Assembly: GCA_944332005.1 (NCBI GenBank)
Contig: CALVJD010000039.1
Coordinates: forward strand, 1-42,069
Direction of reading: 5' to 3'
Source: an uncultured Bacilli bacterium
Lineage (GTDB): Bacteria; Bacillota_I; Bacilli_A; RF39; UBA660
DNA length: 42,069 nucleotides
The translations under genes were made by a program, and so were the position numbers. Under the pieces are notes generated by a model. The model was not told where the DNA came from. It made no database searches and worked only from the letters and a program-made list of their open reading frames with translations. Positions 1 through 10,607 of this stretch are shown here, piece by piece; the stretch's first letter is position 1; every line of letters begins with the position of its first letter.

Positions 1-141
1 ATATCTGGCACTATTTTTTAACGCTCCATCCCTCGCATCTTCGATCACATTCATAATCAGTGGTGTTGCAATTAAGGCTATTACTGCTAATATCACAATT
101 ACCGCTAATAATTCGATTAACGTAAATCCTTTTCTTTCCAT
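1..141 (-). CDS. Partial gene (5' end only) with type IV prepilin-like N-terminal cleavage/methylation motif
   Basis: Manual translation MERKG|FTLIELLAVIVILAVIALIATPLIMNVIEDARDGALKNSARY... runs off the window; class III signal G|F with E at +5; AAGGAG RBS upstream. Not in the ORF track. Confidence 0.9.
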   Translation of the reverse strand, partial: MERKGFTLIELLAVIVILAVIALIATPLIMNVIEDARDGALKNSARY

Positions 142-179
142 ATTTTTATTCACTCCTTCTTCTATTCTTTTCTATTTTG

Positions 180-208
180 ATTGTATCATACATTTCTCTT
201 TCATCCAA
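180..208 (-). promoter_or_regulatory. sigma-A-like promoter of the prepilin-like gene
   Basis: TTGGAT-17 nt-TACAAT with TG extension. Confidence 0.5.
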
Positions 209-368
209 TACGTATTTTTATATTGCGAAAAAAGAGAGGTATATAATACCCCTCCTCTCGTGTGCATATCGCAACCAAAATTTTCCCTTTACTTTTCATG
301 GATTCGCACACTATATTACTATTTCTTATGTTTTTATTTTAACAAATTTATTCTTTTTTGACAAGCTG

Positions 369-1232
369 TTATTTTTTCCAAGAATTGATATGAATATGAA
401 TGTTTTGAATCTTATTATCTTTTTTATGAATGGATTGTTCAATTTTGTGTGCCAAACTGTGAACTTCTTCTAACGTCATTGTGCCATCCATACTTATTTC
501 CATATTGAGCGTATAATATGGCCCATATTTTAACAAATAAAAGTGATCAACTGATTTTACTTGTGGTTCTTTCAAAACAAAGTCAATTAATGGTTTGCGA
601 TATTCTTCATTTGTCTCCTGCTCGCCTAACATAATACTAACATTTTCTTTTATAATATGAAAGCCAGTATGAACGACGAATAATCCAACAATTATAGTCG
701 CTAACATATCTGTGTATTTTAACCATGTGATCTTATCCGAAAATTGCATCAAAATAGAAGATAAAAGAACAACGACAGAACTTATCACATCAGCACTACT
801 CTCTTTTCCACTCGCTACTAAAATCATATTTTTATATTTTTTACCGTTATAAATTAAATAATATGCGAGTAAAAATTTTGATAGAATAGTAAATACGCTT
901 ACACCAATGACTAAGGTTGATGGGATTACAATTTTTCGATTTATAGAAGAGGCAATAATTCCAAAACCAAGTAATAAAACAATGATACCGATGATCATAC
1001 TAGTGATATATTCACTTTTCCCATGACCATAGGGATGTTTTTGATCTGCTGGTTTTTTAGAAATACGATTCCCAACGATTGCTACAACATCGGTAGTAAG
1101 ATCGCTGAAAGAATGAATACCATCGGCAATTAAAGCCCCAGAATGACCAATCCAGCCTATCATAATTTTGATTAGTGACAAGAAAAAATTGGTCAAAAAA
1201 CTGATTCCTATCACTTTTGTCAACTTATTCAT
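369..1232 (-). CDS. Cation diffusion facilitator (CDF/FieF family) transporter
   Basis: SGALIADGIHSFSD, HPYGHGKSE motifs; ~6 TM helices; C-terminal dimerisation domain ending IHIH. Confidence 0.93.
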   Translation of the reverse strand: MNKLTKVIGISFLTNFFLSLIKIMIGWIGHSGALIADGIHSFSDLTTDVVAIVGNRISKKPADQKHPYGHGKSEYITSMIIGIIVLLLGFGIIASSINRKIVIPSTLVIGVSVFTILSKFLLAYYLIYNGKKYKNMILVASGKESSADVISSVVVLLSSILMQFSDKITWLKYTDMLATIIVGLFVVHTGFHIIKENVSIMLGEQETNEEYRKPLIDFVLKEPQVKSVDHFYLLKYGPYYTLNMEISMDGTMTLEEVHSLAHKIEQSIHKKDNKIQNIHIHINSWKK

Positions 1233-1265
1233 ATTATAACTCCTTATCTTTTGATTAGGATGATT

Positions 1266-3857
1266 TTATTTTGCTTGATACCAGTTGTTACCATATTCAA
1301 TATCAACTTTAAGTGGCACACGAAGTTCACAAGTATGTTCCATAATTTCTTCAATTAACGATTTCACTTCTTCTAATTCACTATTTTTACAATCGAAAAT
1401 GAGTTCGTCGTGAACTTGTAAAATCATTTTGGTCTTTAAGTGGCGATCTTTTAACGCTTGATGGATTTCAACCATCGCTTTTTTAATAATATCTGCGCTC
1501 GTACCTTGAATTGGTGTATTTAACGCGATTCTTTCTCCCTGACTACGAATCATATAATTTTTATTGGATAATTCAGGAATTAATCGCTTGCGATTAAACA
1601 AGGTTCGAACATAACCATCTTTATGTGCTTGTTTAACTACTTGATCCATATAAGTTTGAATTCCTGGATAAGTTTCTAGATAATGATCGATAAAGTCTTT
1701 CGCTTCGCCTACTCCAATTCCTAAATTTTCTGATAGGCCATAACCACTAATACCATAGACAATACCAAAATTAACAGCTTTGGCAATTCGACGCATATTA
1801 GGAGTAACGTCTTTTTTCTCAACATGGAAAATATCCATTGCTGTTTTGGTATGAATATCCATACCTTCTTTAAAAGCATCGATTAAAGCTGGCACATTCG
1901 CCATATGAGCAAGAATGCGAAGTTCGATTTGTGAATAATCTCCACTTACAATCACAGAATCAGAACTTGGTACAAATGCTTTTCTTATCAGACGTCCATA
2001 TTCCGTACGAATAGGAATATTTTGGAGATTTGGTTCAATTGAGGACAAACGTCCCGTTCTAGTTAACGTTTGTAAATAAATAGTATGGATTTTTCCGTCT
2101 TCTTTGACCATTCCAAGTAACCCCTCAACATAAGTTGCATATAACTTCGTTACAAAACGATACTCGATAATATCATCGATAATAGGATGTTTCCCTTTTA
2201 ATTTATTTAGAACATCGATTGCTGTCGAATAGCCACGACTAGTCTTTTTTCCATGAGGAAGGCCAAGATGTTCAAACAATACTTCTCCCAATTGAATCGG
2301 TGATGAAATGTTGAATTCCATTCCAGCATGATTGTAAATTTGCTTCGTAATAAGATCGATTTTGATCTTTAATTCTTCGCCCATTTCATATAAAGCATCC
2401 TTATTTACCCATACACCATCATATTCCATATCTCCTAATACTAACGAAAGAGGCATTTCAATCTCCTGATAAAGTTTCATTAAATTCTCTTGTTTTAATT
2501 TGTCTTCGAATGTTTTTTTGGTTTCATAGATAAATTTAGCTTTGCGAATTGCATTATAAACAATAATATCCTGGCTTGGTTCTTTAAACTTCGTCTTTCC
2601 AAATACACTATCGTAAAAAGGAATATCTTCTCCAAACTGATTGGCCAAATAAGCTACATCATCACGAATGTTATAATCGAGCAAATAAGTTGCGATCATC
2701 GTATCAAAGGTAATATTCGATACTTCTAAGCCCATCCATTTAAGCGCAACATAAACTTTTTTTAAATCGTAAGTATATTTGATGTTTTCCGTTAAGAAAC
2801 TTGGATTTTGCTTTAATAATTCAGGTTTAATAAAGAAACTTTTTTGTTCGTTATAAACCGCCATTCCTAATACTTTCGCATTGTGATAATTTGTTCCCAA
2901 TAATTCCAGGTAAATCGCACACTCACCATCGATTTTAGCATCATCTAATGATGTTACAATTTCGTAGGTAATCGGAACAATTGTTTCTTTTTTCTTTTCC
3001 TCTTGTTTACGTATAAAAGAATAAAACTCCAATTCTTCATATAGTTTATTCAATTTTTCATGATTGGTTCCTTCATATTTTATATCGGAAATTTTAATCT
3101 CGAGAGGTACATCACGAACGATGGTTGCAAGTGTCTTACTTTTGTAAGCATTCTCTTTATCATTGATTAATTTTTCTTGTAACTTGCCACTAATATCATC
3201 AATATGTTCATATAATTGATCAATCGTTTGATATTCTTGAATCAGTTTCATCGCCGTTTTTTCACCGACACCTCTTACTCCCGGAATATTATCACTACTA
3301 TCGCCCATCAAAGCTTTTAAATCGATAATATGAATCGGATCAAATCCATATGCTTCTTTAAAAGATTCCTCATTATAACGAATATAGTCATGTTGCTTCA
3401 ATAGTTTAATATCGACATCATGACTAATCAACTGCAATAAATCTTTATCACTACTGATAATCGTTCCGATAAAATCTGGTTCTAAATCGCAATAATGTGC
3501 AAACGTTCCGATAATATCATCTGCTTCATAATTATCAATTTCATAATATCGGATCCCCATGGCTGTCAACAAATCCTTTGCAACTGGAAACTGTATTTTT
3601 AATTCATCTGGAGTTTCCATTCTTCCTCCTTTATAATCTGTATACATTTCGTGACGAAACGTTTTTCCTTTATCGAATGCGACAATCATGTATTGGGGTT
3701 TTTCTTCCAATATAATTTTGTTGATCATATTCGTAAATCCGAACAAGGCATTCGTCGGAAAGCCTTTACTATTCCTCATAAAATTGCCATTATAAGCAGT
3801 CGCATAGTAACTTCGAAACAGTAAATTGTTTCCATCTACGAGAATTATTTTGTTCAT
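1266..3857 (-). CDS. polA: DNA polymerase I
   Basis: 5' exonuclease motifs (ILVDGNNLLFR, YEADD, GDSSDNIPGV); PolA motifs TGRLSS, DYSQIELR, KAVNFG, QVHDEL; start placed at ATG 3857 after AGGTGA RBS. Confidence 0.98.
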   Translation of the reverse strand: MNKIILVDGNNLLFRSYYATAYNGNFMRNSKGFPTNALFGFTNMINKIILEEKPQYMIVAFDKGKTFRHEMYTDYKGGRMETPDELKIQFPVAKDLLTAMGIRYYEIDNYEADDIIGTFAHYCDLEPDFIGTIISSDKDLLQLISHDVDIKLLKQHDYIRYNEESFKEAYGFDPIHIIDLKALMGDSSDNIPGVRGVGEKTAMKLIQEYQTIDQLYEHIDDISGKLQEKLINDKENAYKSKTLATIVRDVPLEIKISDIKYEGTNHEKLNKLYEELEFYSFIRKQEEKKKETIVPITYEIVTSLDDAKIDGECAIYLELLGTNYHNAKVLGMAVYNEQKSFFIKPELLKQNPSFLTENIKYTYDLKKVYVALKWMGLEVSNITFDTMIATYLLDYNIRDDVAYLANQFGEDIPFYDSVFGKTKFKEPSQDIIVYNAIRKAKFIYETKKTFEDKLKQENLMKLYQEIEMPLSLVLGDMEYDGVWVNKDALYEMGEELKIKIDLITKQIYNHAGMEFNISSPIQLGEVLFEHLGLPHGKKTSRGYSTAIDVLNKLKGKHPIIDDIIEYRFVTKLYATYVEGLLGMVKEDGKIHTIYLQTLTRTGRLSSIEPNLQNIPIRTEYGRLIRKAFVPSSDSVIVSGDYSQIELRILAHMANVPALIDAFKEGMDIHTKTAMDIFHVEKKDVTPNMRRIAKAVNFGIVYGISGYGLSENLGIGVGEAKDFIDHYLETYPGIQTYMDQVVKQAHKDGYVRTLFNRKRLIPELSNKNYMIRSQGERIALNTPIQGTSADIIKKAMVEIHQALKDRHLKTKMILQVHDELIFDCKNSELEEVKSLIEEIMEHTCELRVPLKVDIEYGNNWYQAK

Positions 3858-3884
3858 CTTTATCACCTGTTATCATTATAACAA

Positions 3885-3909
3885 AAAATCACCAAATTTT
3901 GGTGATTTT
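3885..3909. terminator. Hairpin between polC and polA
   Basis: Inverted repeat AAAATCACCAAA / TTTGGTGATTTT. Confidence 0.5.
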
Positions 3910-3941
3910 CCTTATACTTATTTCTTTTTCAAAACAATTTT

Positions 3942-6900
3942 TTAAAATAAACTTAATTGACTTGATTCATCAAGATGATCTAGTATTCCCATCATACGCA
4001 TTTTTTCGATAAGTGTTCCTGATACTTTTCCGCGTTTTTGCAAATCCTCAATACTTAAGAATTCCCCTTTTGCACGTTCATCGACGATTTTAAGAGCAAC
4101 CGTATCGCCTAATCCATCAATCGTACGGAATGGTGGAATCAATGTCTTATTATCTTCATCAACTTTAAAATATAAGGCATCGCTGCGATCTAAATCGATG
4201 TTACCAATACGAATCCCTCTAGCCGTTGCTTCCAAAGCTAGGCGCAAACATTCTAAGATACCATTCTCCTTATTGGTCGCATCGTACCCCTTATTGACAA
4301 TTTCGGTAATTCTTGCTTTTATCGCATCATATCCTTTGATCATCGTCTCAATATCAAAGTCTGTCGCCTTCGTCGAGAACCAAGAAGCATAAAACCAGCT
4401 TGGGTGATGAACTTTAAAATAAGCGATACGAAAAGCACTAATCACATATGCGGTCGCATGTGCCTTTGGGAACATATACTTGATCTTACGACAAGAATCG
4501 ATAAACCACTCTTCAATTCCTGCTTCCCGCATATCCGCCTCATGTTTTGCCCACGTTTCAGGATCTTTACTAGCTTTTCCTTTACGCACAAATTCCATTA
4601 TTTTAAATGCTTTAATTGGTTCCATTCCTTTATACATCAGGTAAACCATAATATCATCACGACACCCGATAACTTCTTTAAATGGTACGACTTTATTCTT
4701 GATCAGTTCTTGAGCATTTCCAAGCCATACATCAGTCCCATGAGAAAGTCCTGAAATCTTAATCAATTCAGCAAATGTTGTTGGCTTCGTTTCCGATACT
4801 AAACTGATCGTAAATGGTGTTCCAAATTCCGGAATACCTAAAGTACCCGTTTCATTCATAATTTGTTCTTTCGTAACCCCTAATGGTTCTGGCGATAAGA
4901 AAATTCCCATCGTCTCCTTATCATCGAGTGGAATTTTCATGATATCCATGTGCGATAAATCTTGAAGTAATCGAAGTTGCGTTGGATCAGAATGACCTAA
5001 AATATCCAATTTCAAAACATCTTGATCAATCGCATGATAATCGAAGTGAGTCGTACGCCAAGCACTTGTTGGATCATCAGCAGGATATTGATATGGTGTA
5101 AAATCAAAGACATCCATATATCCTGGGATAACGACAATTCCTCCAGGATGTTGTCCAGTAGTACGTTTGACTCCCGTACATCCCATTGCCAAGCGTTCGA
5201 TCTCTGCTGTACGCATCGTAATTCCTTTATCCTCGCAATAACCTCGAACATAACCAAATGCGGTCTTTTCTGCCACCGTTCCAATTGTACCAGCACGATA
5301 TACATTGTCGACGCCAAATAATACTTTGGTATATTCATGGGCATCTGCTTGATTCAAATCAGAAAAGTTAAGATCGATATCTGGTACTTTATCCGCATTG
5401 AAGCCTAAGAAAGTAGCGAATGGCATATCATTTCCATCTTTAATCATGTGAGCTCCACATTTTGGACAATTATAATCTGGTAGATCGAAGCCTGACGAGT
5501 ATTCGGATCCTAAAGCCTCTCCATCTAGTTCAAAAACACTATGTTTACATTCTGGACAACGATAGTGTGCAGGAAGTGGATTTACTTCCGTAATACCCAT
5601 CATCGTCGCCACAAAACTAGATCCGACGGAACCACGTGAACCAACCAAATATCCATCATCATTCGATTTCTTTACGAGCTTCTGAGCAATCAAATAAATA
5701 ACATCGAAGCCACCACCAATAATTCCTCCAAGATTCTTCTTCATCATCGCTTCGATCTCATCCGCATTAGATTTAGGATTGTTCGTTTTTAAATTTTCGC
5801 GAATGATGCGTTTTACTTCATCAAATCCCTTTAAAATCGCATCATGAAGGCGTCTAAAAGACTCTTTTTCAAAATCATCTTCCGAATAATTTTCTCGTTT
5901 CATTCCCTCTTTGATACTATTAAAAATCCCATCTCCATATAATTCTTTCGCAATTCTCTCTTCAATATTGTATGGAAGAGGATCACCATACCAATCGGCT
6001 GCTTTCGTATAAACAAGTTCCGTTACAGTCTCTACAGAGTGATCGATCTTTGGTGAGAACGGTACTCCCCCTGTTTCGATGATAACCTCGATAATATCGA
6101 CCATGTCAGCAATTTTATTTGGATTTTCAATCACCAATTCACGAGCAAGATTCGGATCTAAGAAATGAAAATCCTCCAACATTTCATCGGTTGTACGGAA
6201 ATGATTACTTGGTATTTCCTTGATATTGGAACGACTAAGTGGATGTCTACCACCACCTGGAACTTTCGCATTGACGATAATTTGGCGATAAATTTTATCT
6301 TCCCTACTAATATGGTGTACATCTCCAGTTGCAACAATCAATTTTCCAGCTTCTTTGGTAACACGAATAATTTTATTGACATGATCAAGTAATTCAGCAG
6401 GACTTCCAAAATCTCCCGTTTGTAAAAGATGATTGTAGCACTCTAGTGGTTGAACTTCCACATAATCATAGAAATTGATAATATTGGTTAATTCTTCATC
6501 ACTTTTACTTCTAGCTTCGATAAACACTTCACTTTCATAACAACCACTACCAATTAGTAATCCCTCGCGCAGTTCATCAATGACACTACGAAGAATACGT
6601 GGAGTTTTATATAAATACTTCGTATTTGCATAACTGACAATTTTAAATAAATTTTTAAGACCAATCTTATTCTTGGCCAAAATATTGACGTGATAAGAAC
6701 GACCGAACTTATGAATCTCATCTTTCGAAACCAACTTACCTAGATCGCAAATTCTCTCGATATTACGATCGACTAACTTCTTCATCATCTTGTGGTACAC
6801 AAGAGCCGTTCCTTCCGCATCGTAGTCACCACGGTGATGGGCATCTTCATCCCAAGGAACATCGTAACGTTTTACTAAAGCACTCAAACTATGACGTGAA

Positions 6901-8495
6901 TAATTCGTATCCAAAGCACGCGATAATTCAAGAGTATCGATAACCGTATTCTTATACTCACCAAACTGATATTTTTTATAAGCCATTTCCAAAAAGGAAA
7001 CGTCAAATTTGGCATTGTGCGCTACCATAGGAAGATCGCCTGTCCATTCGATAAAACGACGAATCGCATTTTCTTCATTGTCTTTATCTTTCAACATTTC
7101 ATCCGTGATATTGGTAAGTTCAACGATCTTTTTAGGAAGCGGACGACCAGGATTGATCAGCTCATCATAACGATCGATGATTTCTCCATTATGAATTTTT
7201 ACAGCTCCAACCTCTATGATCGAATCGCCACCAGCCGCATTGAATCCGGTTGTTTCAAAGTCAAAAACTACATACGTATTTTCTAATAATGGCGTTTCAT
7301 TCGGACGAACGACAATATTGATCGTATCGTCAATCAAAGTAAGTTCGACTCCATAAATGGCTTTAAAAGGCTCTTCTCCCTCTTTTAATCCCTTATTATA
7401 GTCTCGCACATAATTATAAACATGTGGAAAAGCCTGTACACCATTATGATCGGTAATGGCAATCGCTTTATGTCCCCATTTGATTGCTTGTTTCACTAAT
7501 TTTACTTCATCAGCAAGACCATCCATTTGACTCATCATCGTATGAGCATGAAGTTCGACACGCTTTTCTTCAGAATGATCCATTTTTTCTTCCGTTACTT
7601 TCTTTAATTCATTGATATCACGTGCATTTAACACAAGCTCTTTCGAATATTGATCATTCTTACTATAACCTCGAATTTTATACCAATTACCTACTTTTAA
7701 TTGTTTTTTCAAACGAGCATAATCATCTTCGTCACGAACGAAAACTTTACAATAAATACTATCGGTATAATCCGTTATTTTCAAAGTAATAATACGGAAG
7801 CTGGAACGAGAAGACTCAAAATAGTCAATTCCAAATACATGTCCCTCAACGGTTAAATTGTTGTCTTCCCCAATAATATTATCGATCGAAGTAACATTTG
7901 ACTTAATTTCTTCTCCCATAATAACGCTTGGCTTTTCGAATGTTTTTTCCATTTTTTTCGTTTTGATTTGCTCTTCGACTAATTCTTTTTCAATCTCTTT
8001 TTGAACTTGAACACTTTTTTGTTCATCGATCACAACTTGAATATCGAATAATTCATAACCTACACTTTCCAAATCGGCAGTCAAATCAGAAATATGAGAT
8101 TCTAATTTCATCTTTTCCGCCAAATTGCTTACAAAAATTTTCAAAACATCATCTTCATAATGGAGTTCTGCTTCCTCAAACATTCCAAGTAGAGGTTCTT
8201 CTTTCTTATATTCATGAATAAAATAACGATAATAATCATGTAAGAGTTCTCTACTTGGATTTTCCACATGAAGCGTTATTTTAGTTCTACGACATGTCGG
8301 AAAACCATGGCTTAAATGTTCTTTCAATATTTCATAACAAGAAACTGGTAAAGTACGATCGATGTGTACTAAAAAGTGATACATATCTCGATTTTTATTG
8401 CCCACAATTCGTTCTAGTGTTCCTGCTTTCATACACTGACGTAGCTCTTCTGGTGCTTCTATTTGATTTAATAACAGTTGTAATTTATCTTCCAT
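3942..8495 (-). CDS. polC: DNA polymerase III PolC-type
   Basis: OB domain; PHP domain (RVELHAHT, AITDH) interrupted by DEDDh exonuclease (VVFDFETTG, AHNAKFD); GSRGSVGSS; Zn finger CPEC/CPKC; KVPDIDLNF. Confidence 0.99.
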   Translation of the reverse strand: MEDKLQLLLNQIEAPEELRQCMKAGTLERIVGNKNRDMYHFLVHIDRTLPVSCYEILKEHLSHGFPTCRRTKITLHVENPSRELLHDYYRYFIHEYKKEEPLLGMFEEAELHYEDDVLKIFVSNLAEKMKLESHISDLTADLESVGYELFDIQVVIDEQKSVQVQKEIEKELVEEQIKTKKMEKTFEKPSVIMGEEIKSNVTSIDNIIGEDNNLTVEGHVFGIDYFESSRSSFRIITLKITDYTDSIYCKVFVRDEDDYARLKKQLKVGNWYKIRGYSKNDQYSKELVLNARDINELKKVTEEKMDHSEEKRVELHAHTMMSQMDGLADEVKLVKQAIKWGHKAIAITDHNGVQAFPHVYNYVRDYNKGLKEGEEPFKAIYGVELTLIDDTINIVVRPNETPLLENTYVVFDFETTGFNAAGGDSIIEVGAVKIHNGEIIDRYDELINPGRPLPKKIVELTNITDEMLKDKDNEENAIRRFIEWTGDLPMVAHNAKFDVSFLEMAYKKYQFGEYKNTVIDTLELSRALDTNYSRHSLSALVKRYDVPWDEDAHHRGDYDAEGTALVYHKMMKKLVDRNIERICDLGKLVSKDEIHKFGRSYHVNILAKNKIGLKNLFKIVSYANTKYLYKTPRILRSVIDELREGLLIGSGCYESEVFIEARSKSDEELTNIINFYDYVEVQPLECYNHLLQTGDFGSPAELLDHVNKIIRVTKEAGKLIVATGDVHHISREDKIYRQIIVNAKVPGGGRHPLSRSNIKEIPSNHFRTTDEMLEDFHFLDPNLARELVIENPNKIADMVDIIEVIIETGGVPFSPKIDHSVETVTELVYTKAADWYGDPLPYNIEERIAKELYGDGIFNSIKEGMKRENYSEDDFEKESFRRLHDAILKGFDEVKRIIRENLKTNNPKSNADEIEAMMKKNLGGIIGGGFDVIYLIAQKLVKKSNDDGYLVGSRGSVGSSFVATMMGITEVNPLPAHYRCPECKHSVFELDGEALGSEYSSGFDLPDYNCPKCGAHMIKDGNDMPFATFLGFNADKVPDIDLNFSDLNQADAHEYTKVLFGVDNVYRAGTIGTVAEKTAFGYVRGYCEDKGITMRTAEIERLAMGCTGVKRTTGQHPGGIVVIPGYMDVFDFTPYQYPADDPTSAWRTTHFDYHAIDQDVLKLDILGHSDPTQLRLLQDLSHMDIMKIPLDDKETMGIFLSPEPLGVTKEQIMNETGTLGIPEFGTPFTISLVSETKPTTFAELIKISGLSHGTDVWLGNAQELIKNKVVPFKEVIGCRDDIMVYLMYKGMEPIKAFKIMEFVRKGKASKDPETWAKHEADMREAGIEEWFIDSCRKIKYMFPKAHATAYVISAFRIAYFKVHHPSWFYASWFSTKATDFDIETMIKGYDAIKARITEIVNKGYDATNKENGILECLRLALEATARGIRIGNIDLDRSDALYFKVDEDNKTLIPPFRTIDGLGDTVALKIVDERAKGEFLSIEDLQKRGKVSGTLIEKMRMMGILDHLDESSQLSLF

Positions 8496-8564
8496 CTTAC
8501 CACCTTTACTTATTTTATCAAAAAAAGAAAAGATAAGAAATATTTTCTTAACTTTTCTTTTAAA

Positions 8565-8960
8565 TTATTCTCTTACAATTGCATATTCAACGGTAACAGC
8601 TTCTGTAACATCACTTGATATTCCTGATTGTAAAACTTTCTCTTCATTCACTTCTAAGATTTGATCTACATAGAAGTAAAACTTACCTATTTCGTTTCCT
8701 TCCTCATCTTTTAAAGTAAAGTCGATTCGTTTAAGATATGCCGCATCTTCCATTTTATTGGTTACTTTTGCATAGACATTCGTCATGCCATTTTCATAGA
8801 CCAAACTAAAATCACTAATTTGTATACCCTCGATCGTCATATCTTCCATCGTTGAAATGGGTGTTTCCACTATTCCTGGCACTTCTCCTTTTTTGTCTTT
8901 ACAACCACTTAGAGTTAAGGTAAGAAGAACCGTCATGATTCCTAATAATAACTTTTTCAT
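8565..8960 (-). CDS. Lipoprotein with probable Ig-like (FxLYD-like) domain
   Basis: MKK + hydrophobic stretch + lipobox LSGC; beta-rich VxNK...IDFTLKDEEGNEIG pattern; starts 13 nt after the prepilin-like gene, so probably the same operon. Confidence 0.75.
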   Translation of the reverse strand: MKKLLLGIMTVLLTLTLSGCKDKKGEVPGIVETPISTMEDMTIEGIQISDFSLVYENGMTNVYAKVTNKMEDAAYLKRIDFTLKDEEGNEIGKFYFYVDQILEVNEEKVLQSGISSDVTEAVTVEYAIVRE

Positions 8961-8972
8961 ACTTGATCCTTT

Positions 8973-10580
8973 CTATCCCACATATTGAAGTGAAGTTCGC
9001 GTTACTGGTTTTCTACTACTTGTTTGTGTATATGGAGTATCAGTACGCCATCCGGTTGCTGCACCCCAACTAGATGGAGCCGCATAAACCGTTCTCGTAG
9101 CTGCAATTCCTGTTTTATTTCCTTTTGGCACTGAAGTAGAAGAATCCTGCCATCCGGTCGTTCCATTTTGTGTTCTGGTTCCTGTTTTCTGACAAGAATA
9201 AGTTCTTCCACATTGAACGCCGATCGTTTGACCATTGGTACAATATGGAGCAGGCCATGTATGCCATACAGAATATCCACCTGGGCAAGATGAAGCACAG
9301 TCGATTGTTTGAATATCTTGACATTCTCCTGTATAAGTATAAGTCTCTGTCCAACTGTAATTTACTCGATATTGTGTTTTCGATTTATAGTATCCATCGC
9401 TAGGAGCAGTTGTACTATAACTACTTGACCAACTAGCAACATCTTGATATCCGTATTCGGTTTTCCCCGTAATTGTTACCGTCTTAGTACTTGTATTTCC
9501 TAATCCATCTTGTGCATAAATCACAACATCTCCTGGTGTATTTACCGTATAAGTATTCGTAGTTCCATAACTTCCATTATTAAAGCGATACTTGACACTT
9601 CCTTCTCCACTATCGACTCCTGTCACTGTTAATGTGATTGGATTACTTGTTACGGCCGTCGTATTCGCACTAACACTAATACTTGGTCCTTCATTATCAA
9701 TCTTAGTTACAAAATAGGTAGAACCTGTTATCGTGTTGATACCATCGCTTATTCTCGCTATCACACTTCCATTTTGGTTAAATGTTAAAACTTGATTTTG
9801 TGTGGCTTCTTCCCACTTACTACCATCATCTAACGAATACTCATAATGTAAACTTTGCCCTTCTAATTCCGGATAAGTAATCGTTACTGTCTTTGTCTTT
9901 GCCCACCCACTCGTATTTACTACATAAGTAGGCATGCCAATTTCCACCGTTTTAACTTCGATATCCTCAGTAGCTACTAAATTATATTCATTCGTTACTT
10001 GAACAAAGATATGATACGTTTGATTGCTTTTTAAATTATGAAATTCGTATGTATTTACTTCTAATAAATCCGTATATTCTTCTCCATCTAGTGAATATGC
10101 ATAACCAATGATTGCTCCTTCTGGATCAAATGCTTCAACCGCAATTTTTATATGATTAGAAGACACACTACTAATCGAAATTGTCACTTCTGGAGGTGTT
10201 TCATCTAATTTACCACAACCACCCTCCACAATCTTTAAATCATCTTGAGGCCCTTTCACACAAAAATTACCATCAGTTACCAAATCAAGTGTTGGCTTGC
10301 CATTTTCATCGGTTGTAATTTCTCCACTTACAAAGTTAGAATCTAGTTCTAATCGTTCATCTGTTACAGCAATCGTAGGATCTTCTAAGTCATTTCCTTC
10401 TTTAAACAAATATAAATCATATGCATTAAAAAGATTATCTAAACTTCTCTCAAAAGCTCCTTTTCTTGCTGCGGCAACAGCATTCAAAACAAGTGGTACT
10501 GCAATTAAAGCAATAATAGCTAATATAACAATTACAGCTAATAATTCAATTAAGGTGAATGCTCTTTTCTTTGTTTTCAT
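8973..10580 (-). CDS. Large prepilin-like protein (pilin N-terminus + FN3/Ig-like domains + Cys-rich C-terminal region)
   Basis: MKTKKRA|FTLIELLAVIVILAIIALIAVP; FN3-like YEFHNLKSNQTYHIFVQVTN; Ig-like repeats DETPPEV / DNEGPSI...AQDGLGN; six-Cys segment near the C-terminus. Confidence 0.88.
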   Translation of the reverse strand: MKTKKRAFTLIELLAVIVILAIIALIAVPLVLNAVAAARKGAFERSLDNLFNAYDLYLFKEGNDLEDPTIAVTDERLELDSNFVSGEITTDENGKPTLDLVTDGNFCVKGPQDDLKIVEGGCGKLDETPPEVTISISSVSSNHIKIAVEAFDPEGAIIGYAYSLDGEEYTDLLEVNTYEFHNLKSNQTYHIFVQVTNEYNLVATEDIEVKTVEIGMPTYVVNTSGWAKTKTVTITYPELEGQSLHYEYSLDDGSKWEEATQNQVLTFNQNGSVIARISDGINTITGSTYFVTKIDNEGPSISVSANTTAVTSNPITLTVTGVDSGEGSVKYRFNNGSYGTTNTYTVNTPGDVVIYAQDGLGNTSTKTVTITGKTEYGYQDVASWSSSYSTTAPSDGYYKSKTQYRVNYSWTETYTYTGECQDIQTIDCASSCPGGYSVWHTWPAPYCTNGQTIGVQCGRTYSCQKTGTRTQNGTTGWQDSSTSVPKGNKTGIAATRTVYAAPSSWGAATGWRTDTPYTQTSSRKPVTRTSLQYVG

Positions 10581-10607
10581 ATTTCCTACTCCCTACTTTA
10601 CGTTCTT

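Noticed and set aside
177-473. 98-aa plus-strand ORF
   Set aside because: Antisense to the CDF 3' end and spans a promoter region; F/I-rich, no RBS; a shadow ORF.
5730-5939. PolC insertion as an intein
   Set aside because: Too short and lacks splice-junction residues.
4198-8536. Several short ORFs within or opposite polC
   Set aside because: Overlap a confident gene; no motifs or RBS.
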